From Acidimicrobiia bacterium (GTDB lineage: Bacteria; Actinomycetota; Acidimicrobiia; IMCC26256; JAGPDB01): 64,000 bases of DNA. Shown piece by piece: positions 37,905 to 46,412 of this stretch. Positions within the stretch are counted from its first letter, which is position 1, and each line of letters opens with the position of its first letter. Position numbers and translations under genes: made by a program. The notes beneath the pieces were generated by a model that saw only the letters and a program-made list of their open reading frames with translations, had not been told where the DNA came from and did not search any database. Location: positions 36,010 through 100,009 of the forward strand of contig JAXLRE010000006.1 of the NCBI GenBank assembly GCA_046331265.1. Reading direction: 5' to 3'.

Positions 37905-39533
37905 ATGGATATACCTGCATTCAGAAAATCAAATATTTGGTGGGAAAATCGTTTTGGATATGAAGTCTATCCACGAACATTTTTTGACAGTAACGGCGAT
38001 GGTATTGGGGATTTATCAGGTATAAAAGAAAAACTCGAATATCTTTCCAAGCTTGGTATCGGCGCAATCTGGATTTGTCCTTTTTACAAATCGCCTCTTA
38101 TTGATTGTGGTTACGATGTTTCTGATTATTTTGATATTGATCCAGAAATAGGAACTATTAAAGATTTTGAAAATTTAATAAGTGTTGCACATGATCTTGA
38201 TATTGCTGTGTTAATGGATATTGTTCCAAACCATACTTCTGATCAACATGAGTTATTTCAAAAAGCGTTAGCTGATATGAATTCACCAGAGCGTGACTTA
38301 TTTATTTTTAGAGATCCCAAACCAGATGGTTCAGCTCCTAATAACTGGCTAAGTGTGTTTGGAGGTTCAGCTTGGACATTAGATGAAAAATCTGGACAAT
38401 ATTATTTACATTTATTTTACCCGGAACAGCCAGATTTAAATTGGAGAAATCCTAAAGTTCACTCAATGTTTGAAAACATATTGCGATTTTGGTTAGATAA
38501 AGGCATTGATGGTTTTAGAATTGATGTAACACAAGGTTTATATAAGCACGAAGATTTACCTGACACAATCGAAATTAAAGAACTTCCGGCAGATGCAACA
38601 GAAGAGCAAAAATTTGCAAATATGGATGACCAATACTATTACTGCTTGCCTGAAACCCCATTAGTTTTTGAAAACTGGAAGAGAATTGCAAGTGAATATA
38701 ATGCAGTATTAATTGGAGAAATGGTTGAGACTACACCAAAAAGACTTGCACAATATTTTAATGGTAAAGGTCTTGACCTTGTTACTTACTTGGCTAGTTC
38801 AAGAATTTTTTGGGAACCAGAGAAAATAGTAGAAGTATTTGATCATGCGGAACATAATTTTTTTGGCCAAATAACTTGGATGATGGCCAACCATGACTTT
38901 TCAAGAACCGTTTCAAGATTTGGTGGAGAAAATATAGGCCTACAGCGTGCGTTGACTACTACAGCTTTTACGGCATGTTTGTCTGGCTTCCCATTTTTAT
39001 ATTATGGCGAAGAGCTTGGCTGGGAAGATGGATTAGTTAATACAAAGGATGCGAGAGATCCGCGTGCAATAAGATTTCCAGATTCTATATCAGAAGGCCG
39101 TGATCCAGTAAGAACAAACATGGCGTGGTCCTTTGGAGAATTAAACCAGGGCTTTAGTGCTAGCCAAAACGTTTGGCTAAAGAGTGAAGATCGAAAAGAA
39201 CAAGACTGTGTTAATGCTCAGATTTCAGAAGATACATCGCCTTTTTATAAATACAATGAAATTATTGCGTTGCGTAAGCAGATTGGGGAAATAGCCAATG
39301 CGCCATTAGCAGAAAAACAATGGATTAGGACACAACGTTTTATTGGCTATCAATATAACGACTTGATCTGTGGAATGAATGTTGATGATGATGTGTATAA
39401 ATTAGATATTGAAGGTAAGTATGACCTTATATATTCAAGTAGCCTAAGTACCGAAAAAACAGATATAAATCAAGAAAATACGATTGTTTTTCCTCCTGAA
39501 ACTACATGTGTATACAAATTACGCACAAACTAA
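37905..39533 (+). CDS. GH13 alpha-glucosidase (oligo-1,6-glucosidase / trehalose-6-P hydrolase-like subfamily)
   Basis: YEVYPRTFFDSNGDGIGDLSGI, DIVPNHTSDQH, GFRIDV (nucleophile), GEMV (acid/base), ANHD. Confidence 0.85.
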   Translation: MDIPAFRKSNIWWENRFGYEVYPRTFFDSNGDGIGDLSGIKEKLEYLSKLGIGAIWICPFYKSPLIDCGYDVSDYFDIDPEIGTIKDFENLISVAHDLDIAVLMDIVPNHTSDQHELFQKALADMNSPERDLFIFRDPKPDGSAPNNWLSVFGGSAWTLDEKSGQYYLHLFYPEQPDLNWRNPKVHSMFENILRFWLDKGIDGFRIDVTQGLYKHEDLPDTIEIKELPADATEEQKFANMDDQYYYCLPETPLVFENWKRIASEYNAVLIGEMVETTPKRLAQYFNGKGLDLVTYLASSRIFWEPEKIVEVFDHAEHNFFGQITWMMANHDFSRTVSRFGGENIGLQRALTTTAFTACLSGFPFLYYGEELGWEDGLVNTKDARDPRAIRFPDSISEGRDPVRTNMAWSFGELNQGFSASQNVWLKSEDRKEQDCVNAQISEDTSPFYKYNEIIALRKQIGEIANAPLAEKQWIRTQRFIGYQYNDLICGMNVDDDVYKLDIEGKYDLIYSSSLSTEKTDINQENTIVFPPETTCVYKLRTN

Positions 39534-39591
39534 AAGAGTTAATTTAACGAAAAATGCTATAGTTTTCGGACTGTTTTACACGGAGGTCTAA

Positions 39592-40566
39592 TTGAGTAAT
39601 CCAACAGAAGTAGTCGGAGTAATAGTTTGCGCTGGAGATGGAACTCGAGCAACATCTTTTACCGGCGGTAATTCAAAAGAAATGCTTACCTGCGTAGATA
39701 GACCTGCAATTAATTTAATAATTGCAGAAGGTCTTCAAGCTGGAATTAATAAATTTGTAATTATTACTAATAGAAGGAAAACCGATCTTAACCATTGGGT
39801 CCAAGGAACTCATCCAAAAATTACAGAGTGGACAAGCAATGGTAAGTCAGCAACGGTGGCTGCTTGTCTTGAAATTAGCGAGGCTGCAAATATAGAAATT
39901 GCATATCAAGATGCTCCATTAGGTTTAGGTCATGCGGTATTGCAAGCTAAAGATAAAGTTGGGAATAGACCATTTGTTGTTTTTCTTCCTGATGAAATGA
40001 TGGTTGACTTGGTCCAAAATCCAAATCAAGACCTTCCTACTCCTGCACGTGAACTTGTTGATTTAGGTTTAAAAGGTTGGAATGCAACACTGACTCTAGA
40101 AGTCCCTGCTGATCAAGCTCATAAATATGGAATAGTCGAACACGAACCGAGTGTTGATGTTGACCGTCCATCTGCAACTAGGTTGCGCGAAAAGCCAACA
40201 TTGGATGCTGGTGATGTACAACCAAGAAATGCAATTGTCGGACGTTATGTTTTTCAACCAGAATTTTTTGCTTACCTTGAAGCAACAAAACCTGGAGTAG
40301 GTGGCGAAATACAATTAACAGATGCAATGAATGAATTTGTTAATGATGGACATCCTTTATTGGTAACAACGCCATTAGGAGATGTCGAAAGATTTGATAT
40401 TGGTGGTCTTGATGGGTATATCAATTTCACATCTGCGTTAATTGATGCACGTTCTAGAGGGATTGTTCCTCTAAGTGCAGCTGAGGCAAGGAATAGCTTG
40501 GTTCATAGCGGAACTGTTGGAATCGATGCTCGTACAATAAATCCTGCGGGTGCAACCCGAGCATAA
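39592..40566 (+). CDS. Sugar-1-phosphate nucleotidylyltransferase (UTP--glucose-1-phosphate uridylyltransferase-like)
   Basis: VCAGDGTRATSF..NSKEMLTCVDRPAINLII (GxGTR..PKEML..DKP pattern) and LGLGHAVL; TTG start. Confidence 0.65.
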   Translation: MSNPTEVVGVIVCAGDGTRATSFTGGNSKEMLTCVDRPAINLIIAEGLQAGINKFVIITNRRKTDLNHWVQGTHPKITEWTSNGKSATVAACLEISEAANIEIAYQDAPLGLGHAVLQAKDKVGNRPFVVFLPDEMMVDLVQNPNQDLPTPARELVDLGLKGWNATLTLEVPADQAHKYGIVEHEPSVDVDRPSATRLREKPTLDAGDVQPRNAIVGRYVFQPEFFAYLEATKPGVGGEIQLTDAMNEFVNDGHPLLVTTPLGDVERFDIGGLDGYINFTSALIDARSRGIVPLSAAEARNSLVHSGTVGIDARTINPAGATRA

Positions 40567-40638
40567 TCCTGGACCTTTGACTAGTTAGAAAATCTCAAAG
40601 TTGCACAGAGATAAGAATTATAAGTAGGTTTTTCTGTT

Positions 40639-41517
40639 ATGAAACAAATACTTGCAGTAGATATGGGTGGCACAAAAACATCGGCTGGTGTTTTTGATTA
40701 CGACGGCGAAATGCTCGTATGCGACACAATCCTTAATCCTAAAACTATGGATGAAGAAGTTTTGTGGGAGGCTGTAACAGATTTGATCGACAAAGTTAGT
40801 GCACCTTATGAAGATGATATTGTTGTTTGTGGTGTTGCTGCTGCAGGTCCGATGAAAGCTAAAGGCAAAACTATTTCACCAGCTAATGCTCATGCATGGG
40901 TAGATTTTCCTTTTAGAGAACGTCTAGAAAAACACATTAAAAAACCTGCATACATAGAAAATGATTGTAAAGCTCTGGCACTTGGCGAAGGTTGGAAGGG
41001 TGCTGCAGTAGGACAAAGTCATTATATGTCGATGGTTGTCTCCACAGGTGTTGGTGGTGGAATTGTTTTAGATGGAAAACTATTACATGGTAATGAAATG
41101 CAGGCTGGTCATATTGGTCACATGATTATTGATCCGAGTGGTCCACAATGTGGGTGTGGTGGACATGGATGCGTTGAAGCATTTGCATCTGGTCCAAGTC
41201 TAGAAAGAAAATTTTCCATTAAACCTGAAGAAGCAACACATGAGATGAAACAATTTTGTGCTGATATTATCGGGCAAGCAATTGCTGGAGTTACGGCGCT
41301 TTTAGATATTCGTCTTGTAACAATTGGTGGATCAGTTGCTCTTGGCTTTGGTGAAGAATACTTTGAAATGGTCCAAAAACGTATAGATGATCTTGCAAAA
41401 ATTGAATTTGCTAGAGGTGTGAAAGTTGTACCATCTGGGCTTGGTAAACACGGCGGTCTCGTTAGTGCTGCAAGAGTTGGAAAACTTGGTTATCGCGGCA
41501 TCCTGTGGAGCGAATAA
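40639..41517 (+). CDS. ROK-family glucokinase
   Basis: LAVDMGGTKTSAGV, ENDCKALALGE, and the Zn motif GHIGHM...CGCGGHGCVEA. Confidence 0.8.
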   Translation: MKQILAVDMGGTKTSAGVFDYDGEMLVCDTILNPKTMDEEVLWEAVTDLIDKVSAPYEDDIVVCGVAAAGPMKAKGKTISPANAHAWVDFPFRERLEKHIKKPAYIENDCKALALGEGWKGAAVGQSHYMSMVVSTGVGGGIVLDGKLLHGNEMQAGHIGHMIIDPSGPQCGCGGHGCVEAFASGPSLERKFSIKPEEATHEMKQFCADIIGQAIAGVTALLDIRLVTIGGSVALGFGEEYFEMVQKRIDDLAKIEFARGVKVVPSGLGKHGGLVSAARVGKLGYRGILWSE

Positions 41518-41538
41518 CTAATCGCTAGAATTTCACGT

Positions 41539-42126
41539 GTGTATTTAACAGGCGAACGAGTAATACTGCGTCCACTCGAAAGTGGAGATTACGAAAGCTA
41601 TAAAGAAGTTCGCGAACGTTGTAATGACTGGCTTGTTCCATGGGAACCAACTGTAGATGGCGTTCCATCAGACACGCATAGTACTTATGAAAATTATCAA
41701 TACCGCATTCACTCTTTTGATAGAGGTTCTCAATTTGATACTTCATACGGTTTTGGTATTTTTTTACACGACGGAACTTTTATTGGGGAAGTTTCTTTAG
41801 GGACAATTAACCGGGGACCATTTCAATCTGTTCTGTTGGGATATTGGGTTGATATGAAGTATGCAGGTAAAGGTTTAGTTCCCGAAGCCGCATCATTGGT
41901 TATTAATTATGCATTTACGAATTTAGGTTTCAGACGAATTGAAATTGCAATAGTACCCCGAAACAAATCAAGTATTCGTGTCGCCGAGAAACTCGGTTTT
42001 GTATATGAAGGCGAGTCGAAAGATTATATTGAAGTGGCAGGAGTAAGAGAAGATCATGCGAGGTATTCAATGACTCCATCTCTTTGGCGTCAATTAAACG
42101 GAGATACACAAAAGGAGTCATCATAA
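41539..42126 (+). CDS. GNAT-family N-acetyltransferase (RimJ/RimL-like)
   Basis: LRPLESGDYESY...; GYWVDMKYAGKGLVPEA (acetyl-CoA loop); GFRRIEIAIVPRNKSSIRVAEKLGF. Confidence 0.75.
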   Translation: MYLTGERVILRPLESGDYESYKEVRERCNDWLVPWEPTVDGVPSDTHSTYENYQYRIHSFDRGSQFDTSYGFGIFLHDGTFIGEVSLGTINRGPFQSVLLGYWVDMKYAGKGLVPEAASLVINYAFTNLGFRRIEIAIVPRNKSSIRVAEKLGFVYEGESKDYIEVAGVREDHARYSMTPSLWRQLNGDTQKESS

Positions 42127-43904
42127 AACCATTTCCACCCATTAACGACTGTTCATTGCTAAGCGATAATCGCACAATAGCAATTGTTGAACCTGATGCA
42201 TCTATATCGTGGCTATGTTTTCCACGTGTTGACTCAGCAGCAGTATTTGCTCATTTATTAGATACTGAAAATGATCCTGAGCGTGCAGGTATTTTTTCGA
42301 TCGAAGATGCTCAAGGTAGTTTCCCTAGACAAAATTATGTAGATGACACAATGATTTTGGAATCTCATTTTGAAACCTTTACCATTACAGATTATCTAGA
42401 TACATCGAGAGGAAGGACTAAACATCAAGCAGGTCGTAGTGATCTAGTTCGTGTTGTTGAAGGTACAGGAGTTATAAATGTTTTGTTTGCTCCACGATTA
42501 AATTTTGGTAGATCACCAACTCGACTTGTTCAAAAAGATAGAGGTTTAGTCATAAAAGGTGGAATTGATTTAACTTGCTTAAGATCGCCAGATATCACTT
42601 GGACAATTGTTAGTGATGATTTACATGACAGCGCTTCAGCGACAATTGATTTAGATGCAATGGGTGGAAGGGTTAAGTTTGAACTGCGTTGTGGAACAGC
42701 TAATGTTCGTTCTGATTCACTATCTGAAGCAGAACGACGTGAAGGTACTCGTGTCTACTGGCAAAAATGGGTCGATAAATTACAGCTTCCTAGTAGTAAT
42801 CAGGAAGAAGTTAGACGTAGTGCCGTACTTTTAAAGTCTTTGTGTCACACTCCAACGGGTGCGATACTTGCTGCAGCCACAACTTCATTGCCTGAAGGTA
42901 TTGGTGGTCAACGAAACTGGGATTATAGATACTGTTGGCTAAGAGATGCATCAATGACGGCAGCGACATTAGTAAATCTAGGAAGTCATAGTGAAGCTAT
43001 GAAATTTTTAGATTGGCTAGATGACATAGTTAAGGCACGTGGTAATGCAGCTATGTTGAATCCTCTGTATATGGTGTCAGGATCACACCTAGCTCCAGAA
43101 GGATCTATCGATGAACTCTCTGGATATAGGAGTTCACGACCTGTAAGGGTTAATAACGGTGCTGATGCACAAATTCAATTAGATGTTTTTGGTGCAATTG
43201 TTGACTTAATTTCAACTTTGGCTGATAAAGGTGAACCATTAGCTACAAAGCACTGGAACTTAGTTTGTGAACTAGTTGAAGCTGTTAAGTTGAGATGGCA
43301 AGAAGAAGACGCAGGTATTTGGGAGTTCAGATCTGCTCCTAGACAATATACAAATTCGAAACTTATGTGCTGGGTCGCAGTTGATCGTGCGGTAAAACTT
43401 TCTGATTATTTCACTGGAGAAATTGATCAAAGTTGGGTTGAGCTTCGCGATGAGATTGCGGAAGCTATTTGCGAAAATAGCTATAAGGCACATAGGAATG
43501 CTTTCACATCTGCATACGACGGAGATGATATTGATGCCTCAGTTTTGGCGTTAGGTATATTTGGTTTTTGTGAACCTGATGATCCTAAGTTTTTAGGAAC
43601 GATAAAAGCAGTTGAAGATGCGCTATTGATTAACAACACAGTTTTTAGATATTTAGTTGAAGATGCTTTGCCGGGAACAGAAGGTGGGTGGCACTTGTTA
43701 ACACTTTGGTTGTGCGAATGTTATTTTAAAGCTGGCCGCAAACAAGATGCCATAAACTTATTCGAAATAGTACGAAAAAATATCGGTGCCACAGGATTAA
43801 TGAGTGAACAAGTCGATCCTGAAACCGGAGAGGCTATGGGTAATCTACCTCAAGCATATTCTCACCTTGGTTTTATTGATGCGGTGCTGACTTTGTCCAA
43901 ATAG
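42084..43904 (+). CDS. GH15 glycoside hydrolase (glucoamylase/trehalase family)
   Basis: INDCSLLSDNRTIAIVEPDASISWLCFPRVDS (the typical GH15 N-terminus), NWDYRYCWLRDAS, and GLMSEQVDP...GNLPQAYSHLG. The listed TTG start overlaps the GNAT gene by 43 nt, so the true start is uncertain. Confidence 0.8.
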   Translation: MASIKRRYTKGVIIKPFPPINDCSLLSDNRTIAIVEPDASISWLCFPRVDSAAVFAHLLDTENDPERAGIFSIEDAQGSFPRQNYVDDTMILESHFETFTITDYLDTSRGRTKHQAGRSDLVRVVEGTGVINVLFAPRLNFGRSPTRLVQKDRGLVIKGGIDLTCLRSPDITWTIVSDDLHDSASATIDLDAMGGRVKFELRCGTANVRSDSLSEAERREGTRVYWQKWVDKLQLPSSNQEEVRRSAVLLKSLCHTPTGAILAAATTSLPEGIGGQRNWDYRYCWLRDASMTAATLVNLGSHSEAMKFLDWLDDIVKARGNAAMLNPLYMVSGSHLAPEGSIDELSGYRSSRPVRVNNGADAQIQLDVFGAIVDLISTLADKGEPLATKHWNLVCELVEAVKLRWQEEDAGIWEFRSAPRQYTNSKLMCWVAVDRAVKLSDYFTGEIDQSWVELRDEIAEAICENSYKAHRNAFTSAYDGDDIDASVLALGIFGFCEPDDPKFLGTIKAVEDALLINNTVFRYLVEDALPGTEGGWHLLTLWLCECYFKAGRKQDAINLFEIVRKNIGATGLMSEQVDPETGEAMGNLPQAYSHLGFIDAVLTLSK

Positions 43905-43930
43905 TCCAAAAAGGTAGGTGGAACCTACAG

Positions 43931-45415
43931 CTAATAGGCTTGAGCAAAAACAGCTAGTTCTGTTGCTTGTTCCCCTGTAACAATGCATTTAGCTCCAGGT
44001 TCTAACTCGCTGACTAAAGAAGAAGTTTCGCCAGTTTCTAAAGCACTCGTTAAATCGTTATTAGATAGAGGTAGGCATCTAATAGTTGCCTTAGTGTCTT
44101 GTTTAACTTTCGCTTCGCTGTCAGCTTTTCCGTTCCAAGGTGCAATAACAAAACCGTTACAAGAATTTAGATACTCTTGCATTTCATCATAATTACTTGG
44201 TGTAAAAGTGTTTTCTTTTTGGAATTGTTCAGCTTCTGAATAGAGTGCATTATCGAAATTAATTAATTCTTTCTCAACAAAATTAGAAATATCGTTGAAC
44301 GAGACTTTTTGTTTCTCTCCTCCAAGACGAGATGAAACCATTACAGAGTTTGCTTCTAAATCTCTAGGACCGATTTCAATTCTAAGTGGAACACCTTTTT
44401 GTTCCCAGTGTGCATATTTATTTCCTGGTCTAACTTCGTCACGGTCATCAATTTTTACTCTGATGTTTTTCGAAACTAAGTCGTTACAAATATTTTGTGC
44501 AGATTCTATGACTTGTGATGCTTCATTTTCATTTCTATATATAGGCACAATTACTACTTGTTTAGGCGCTACTCCACTAGGCAGCTTTAAACCCTTGTCG
44601 TCACCATGAGACATTATTAAAGCACCAATTATTCGTGTGGATATTCCCCATGAAGTTGCATAAGCATAATCAAGTCCACCATCACGTGTTTGGAATTGAA
44701 CACCATATGTTTTTGCAAAGAGTTGACCTAAATAATGTGATGTACAAGATTGCAATGCCTTCTTATCTCTCATCATTGCTTCATATGTAATTGTTTCTTC
44801 TGCGCCAGGGAAACGTTCAGTTTCACTTTTGCGTCCAACAATTCCAGGAATCATTAAAACGTTTTTTATAACATCCATGTAAACATCACGCATGATTGTT
44901 AATGTTTCTTTTATTGCATCATTTGATGTCTCATGCGCAGTGTGGCCTTCTTGCCATAAGAATTCTGAGGTACGCAAAAAAAGTCTTGAACGCATTTCAG
45001 CTCTGAAAACATTTGCCCATTGGTTATAAAGCAATGGAAGATCACGGTAGCTTTGTATCCAACGTGAATATGTGTCCCAAATTACTGTTTCAGATGTTGG
45101 ACGTAAGATAAGTGCATCTTCGAGTTCTTTCCCACCTGAATGAGTCGCAACAATTACTTCTGGAGCAAAACCTTCAAGTGTCTCTTCTTCTTTAGAAAGT
45201 AGATTCTGAGGAATGAGAGCAGGGAAGTAGAGGTTCTCGTGACCTGTTGCTTTAATTCTCTCATCTACTGCTCTTTGGAGGAATTCCCATATCGCGTAAC
45301 CCCAAGGTCTGATAACCATGGATCCTCGTGCGAGACCATTTTCAGCTAGTTCAGCATCTCGTATAATCGCCTGATACCAGGATGGAAAATCTTCACTTTG
45401 TTTAGGTAATGCCAT
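43931..45415 (-). CDS. proS: Proline--tRNA ligase, archaeal/eukaryote-like type (no INS editing domain; C-terminal domain ends in Tyr)
   Basis: FPSWYQAII..AELAE, class II motifs (FRAEMRSRLFLRTSEFLWQEGHT, GALIMSHGDDKGL), about 495 aa, and a C-terminal ...FAQAY. The ATG at 45415 is preferred over the TTG at 45424. Confidence 0.9.
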   Translation of the reverse strand: MALPKQSEDFPSWYQAIIRDAELAENGLARGSMVIRPWGYAIWEFLQRAVDERIKATGHENLYFPALIPQNLLSKEEETLEGFAPEVIVATHSGGKELEDALILRPTSETVIWDTYSRWIQSYRDLPLLYNQWANVFRAEMRSRLFLRTSEFLWQEGHTAHETSNDAIKETLTIMRDVYMDVIKNVLMIPGIVGRKSETERFPGAEETITYEAMMRDKKALQSCTSHYLGQLFAKTYGVQFQTRDGGLDYAYATSWGISTRIIGALIMSHGDDKGLKLPSGVAPKQVVIVPIYRNENEASQVIESAQNICNDLVSKNIRVKIDDRDEVRPGNKYAHWEQKGVPLRIEIGPRDLEANSVMVSSRLGGEKQKVSFNDISNFVEKELINFDNALYSEAEQFQKENTFTPSNYDEMQEYLNSCNGFVIAPWNGKADSEAKVKQDTKATIRCLPLSNNDLTSALETGETSSLVSELEPGAKCIVTGEQATELAVFAQAY

Positions 45416-45507
45416 AAAGTACAATCTTAGTTTGTTCGAGTCGAAGATTTCGTGGTGTTATTGCCTAATATATCTTTGCTAAAAAAATTTGGTTTTAACC
45501 AACCAAT

Positions 45508-45591
45508 GCCCGAGTGGCGGAATAGGCAGACGCGAGCGGCTTAAAACCGCTTGATCGAAAGATCGTAGGGGTTCAAGTCCCCTCTTGGGCA
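45508..45591 (+). tRNA. tRNA-Leu (anticodon UAA), type II with a long variable arm
   Basis: Acceptor GCCCGAG/CTTGGGC, anticodon stem AGCGG/CCGCT with loop CTTAAAA, variable arm TGATCGAAAGATCGT, T-arm AGGGG-TTCAAGT-CCCCT. Confidence 0.9.
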
Positions 45592-45690
45592 CACTTTTAG
45601 CATCATGAATCGCTCTTAATTCACTTATTTTCTATAGACAAAATTCATAAACAGATGTAGTTTTTAACTAGTTGAGCGAGTTTTATATTC

Positions 45691-46044
45691 ATGGAAGCTA
45701 TAAAGAGGCTTTTACTTAAACCGCTATGGAAAATCAATAATCACAAATCAGCAACACTAAAAGACTTAGCAGTTGCATCGTGTACTTCAATGGCAGCATT
45801 TTTTGGACCAATGTCTGCTGGTACACAGAAGATATCTATAAATGCCATACCTGCAGTTGAAAGTGATAGAACTGTCGTTGATCATTCCCAGACGTATGAA
45901 TTGTGTGCTTATGCAAAAGCAAAAAAGAAATCACAAATTAATGGGGGACATTTAATATCAGAATTAATATTACAAAGACAGCAAAACATTGCAGAGCAGG
46001 CCATTTCGGTATCAAAAGGCATAATCGATAACTTTGAAAGGTAG
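45691..46044 (+). CDS. Hypothetical protein (117 aa, no recognisable domain)
   Basis: The only substantial ORF in an AT-rich stretch downstream of tRNA-Leu; its coding status is unverified. Confidence 0.3.
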   Translation: MEAIKRLLLKPLWKINNHKSATLKDLAVASCTSMAAFFGPMSAGTQKISINAIPAVESDRTVVDHSQTYELCAYAKAKKKSQINGGHLISELILQRQQNIAEQAISVSKGIIDNFER

Positions 46045-46249
46045 AGATAACCTTAACTTAGCTATGTAATATTGTTTAAAAATGTATAATATTTTGAAAA
46101 TATCAAATATTCATAAAATTGTATAACTGCAGCTTAATGTAACTTTTCAAACGCAATTCTCACATAAAATCATGCCAAATTAGGACAAATAAGTACAGCG
46201 AATAGCTTGATTTTGAATTTGATCTCCAACTAATTTCGTAGAGTCTTAT

Positions 46250-46400
46250 TTGCAAGCATCCCGTGAGTGGTGAGCTTTTGGTTGAGGGGAACCAAGCCCG
46301 CACATGGTGGCAAATCTGACCGCTGCCCCAAATACTGCAGCGATGAAAACACTTCCTCCGCTCTCGAGCATGCCTATGCCTGTCTGCGTGTGGATAAAAG
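46250..46400 (+). promoter_or_regulatory. Candidate cyclic-di-AMP (ydaO/yuaA-type) riboswitch in the leader of the Rpf-domain gene
   Basis: A GC-rich island in an AT-rich intergenic region. GCAAGCAUCCCG, GAGGGGAACC, GGCAAAUCUGACC and CCCCAAAUACUGCAGCGAUGAAAAC resemble, by eye, the conserved ydaO blocks (..GAAUCC.., ..GGAGGAACC.., GGNUAAUCUG, CCCGAACCCGACAGCUAAC). Confidence 0.5.
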
Positions 46401-46412
46401 AAAGGTAAACAA

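Noticed and set aside
42084-42126. 43-nt overlap of the GNAT and GH15 ORFs, considered as a possible programmed frameshift or fusion
   Set aside because: There is no slippery heptamer. The overlap is explained by an uncertain GH15 start: the listed start is a TTG with no RBS, whereas a GGAG sits just before codons ATC/ATA at 42120-42125 near the GNAT stop. This is an ordinary start-site ambiguity.
45592-46250. AT-rich stretch after tRNA-Leu, considered as a possible integrated mobile element or genomic islet
   Set aside because: I found no integrase, recombinase or transposase, and no direct repeat of the tRNA-Leu 3' end downstream. There is only one weak 117-aa ORF. It is more simply a promoter and leader region for the Rpf gene.
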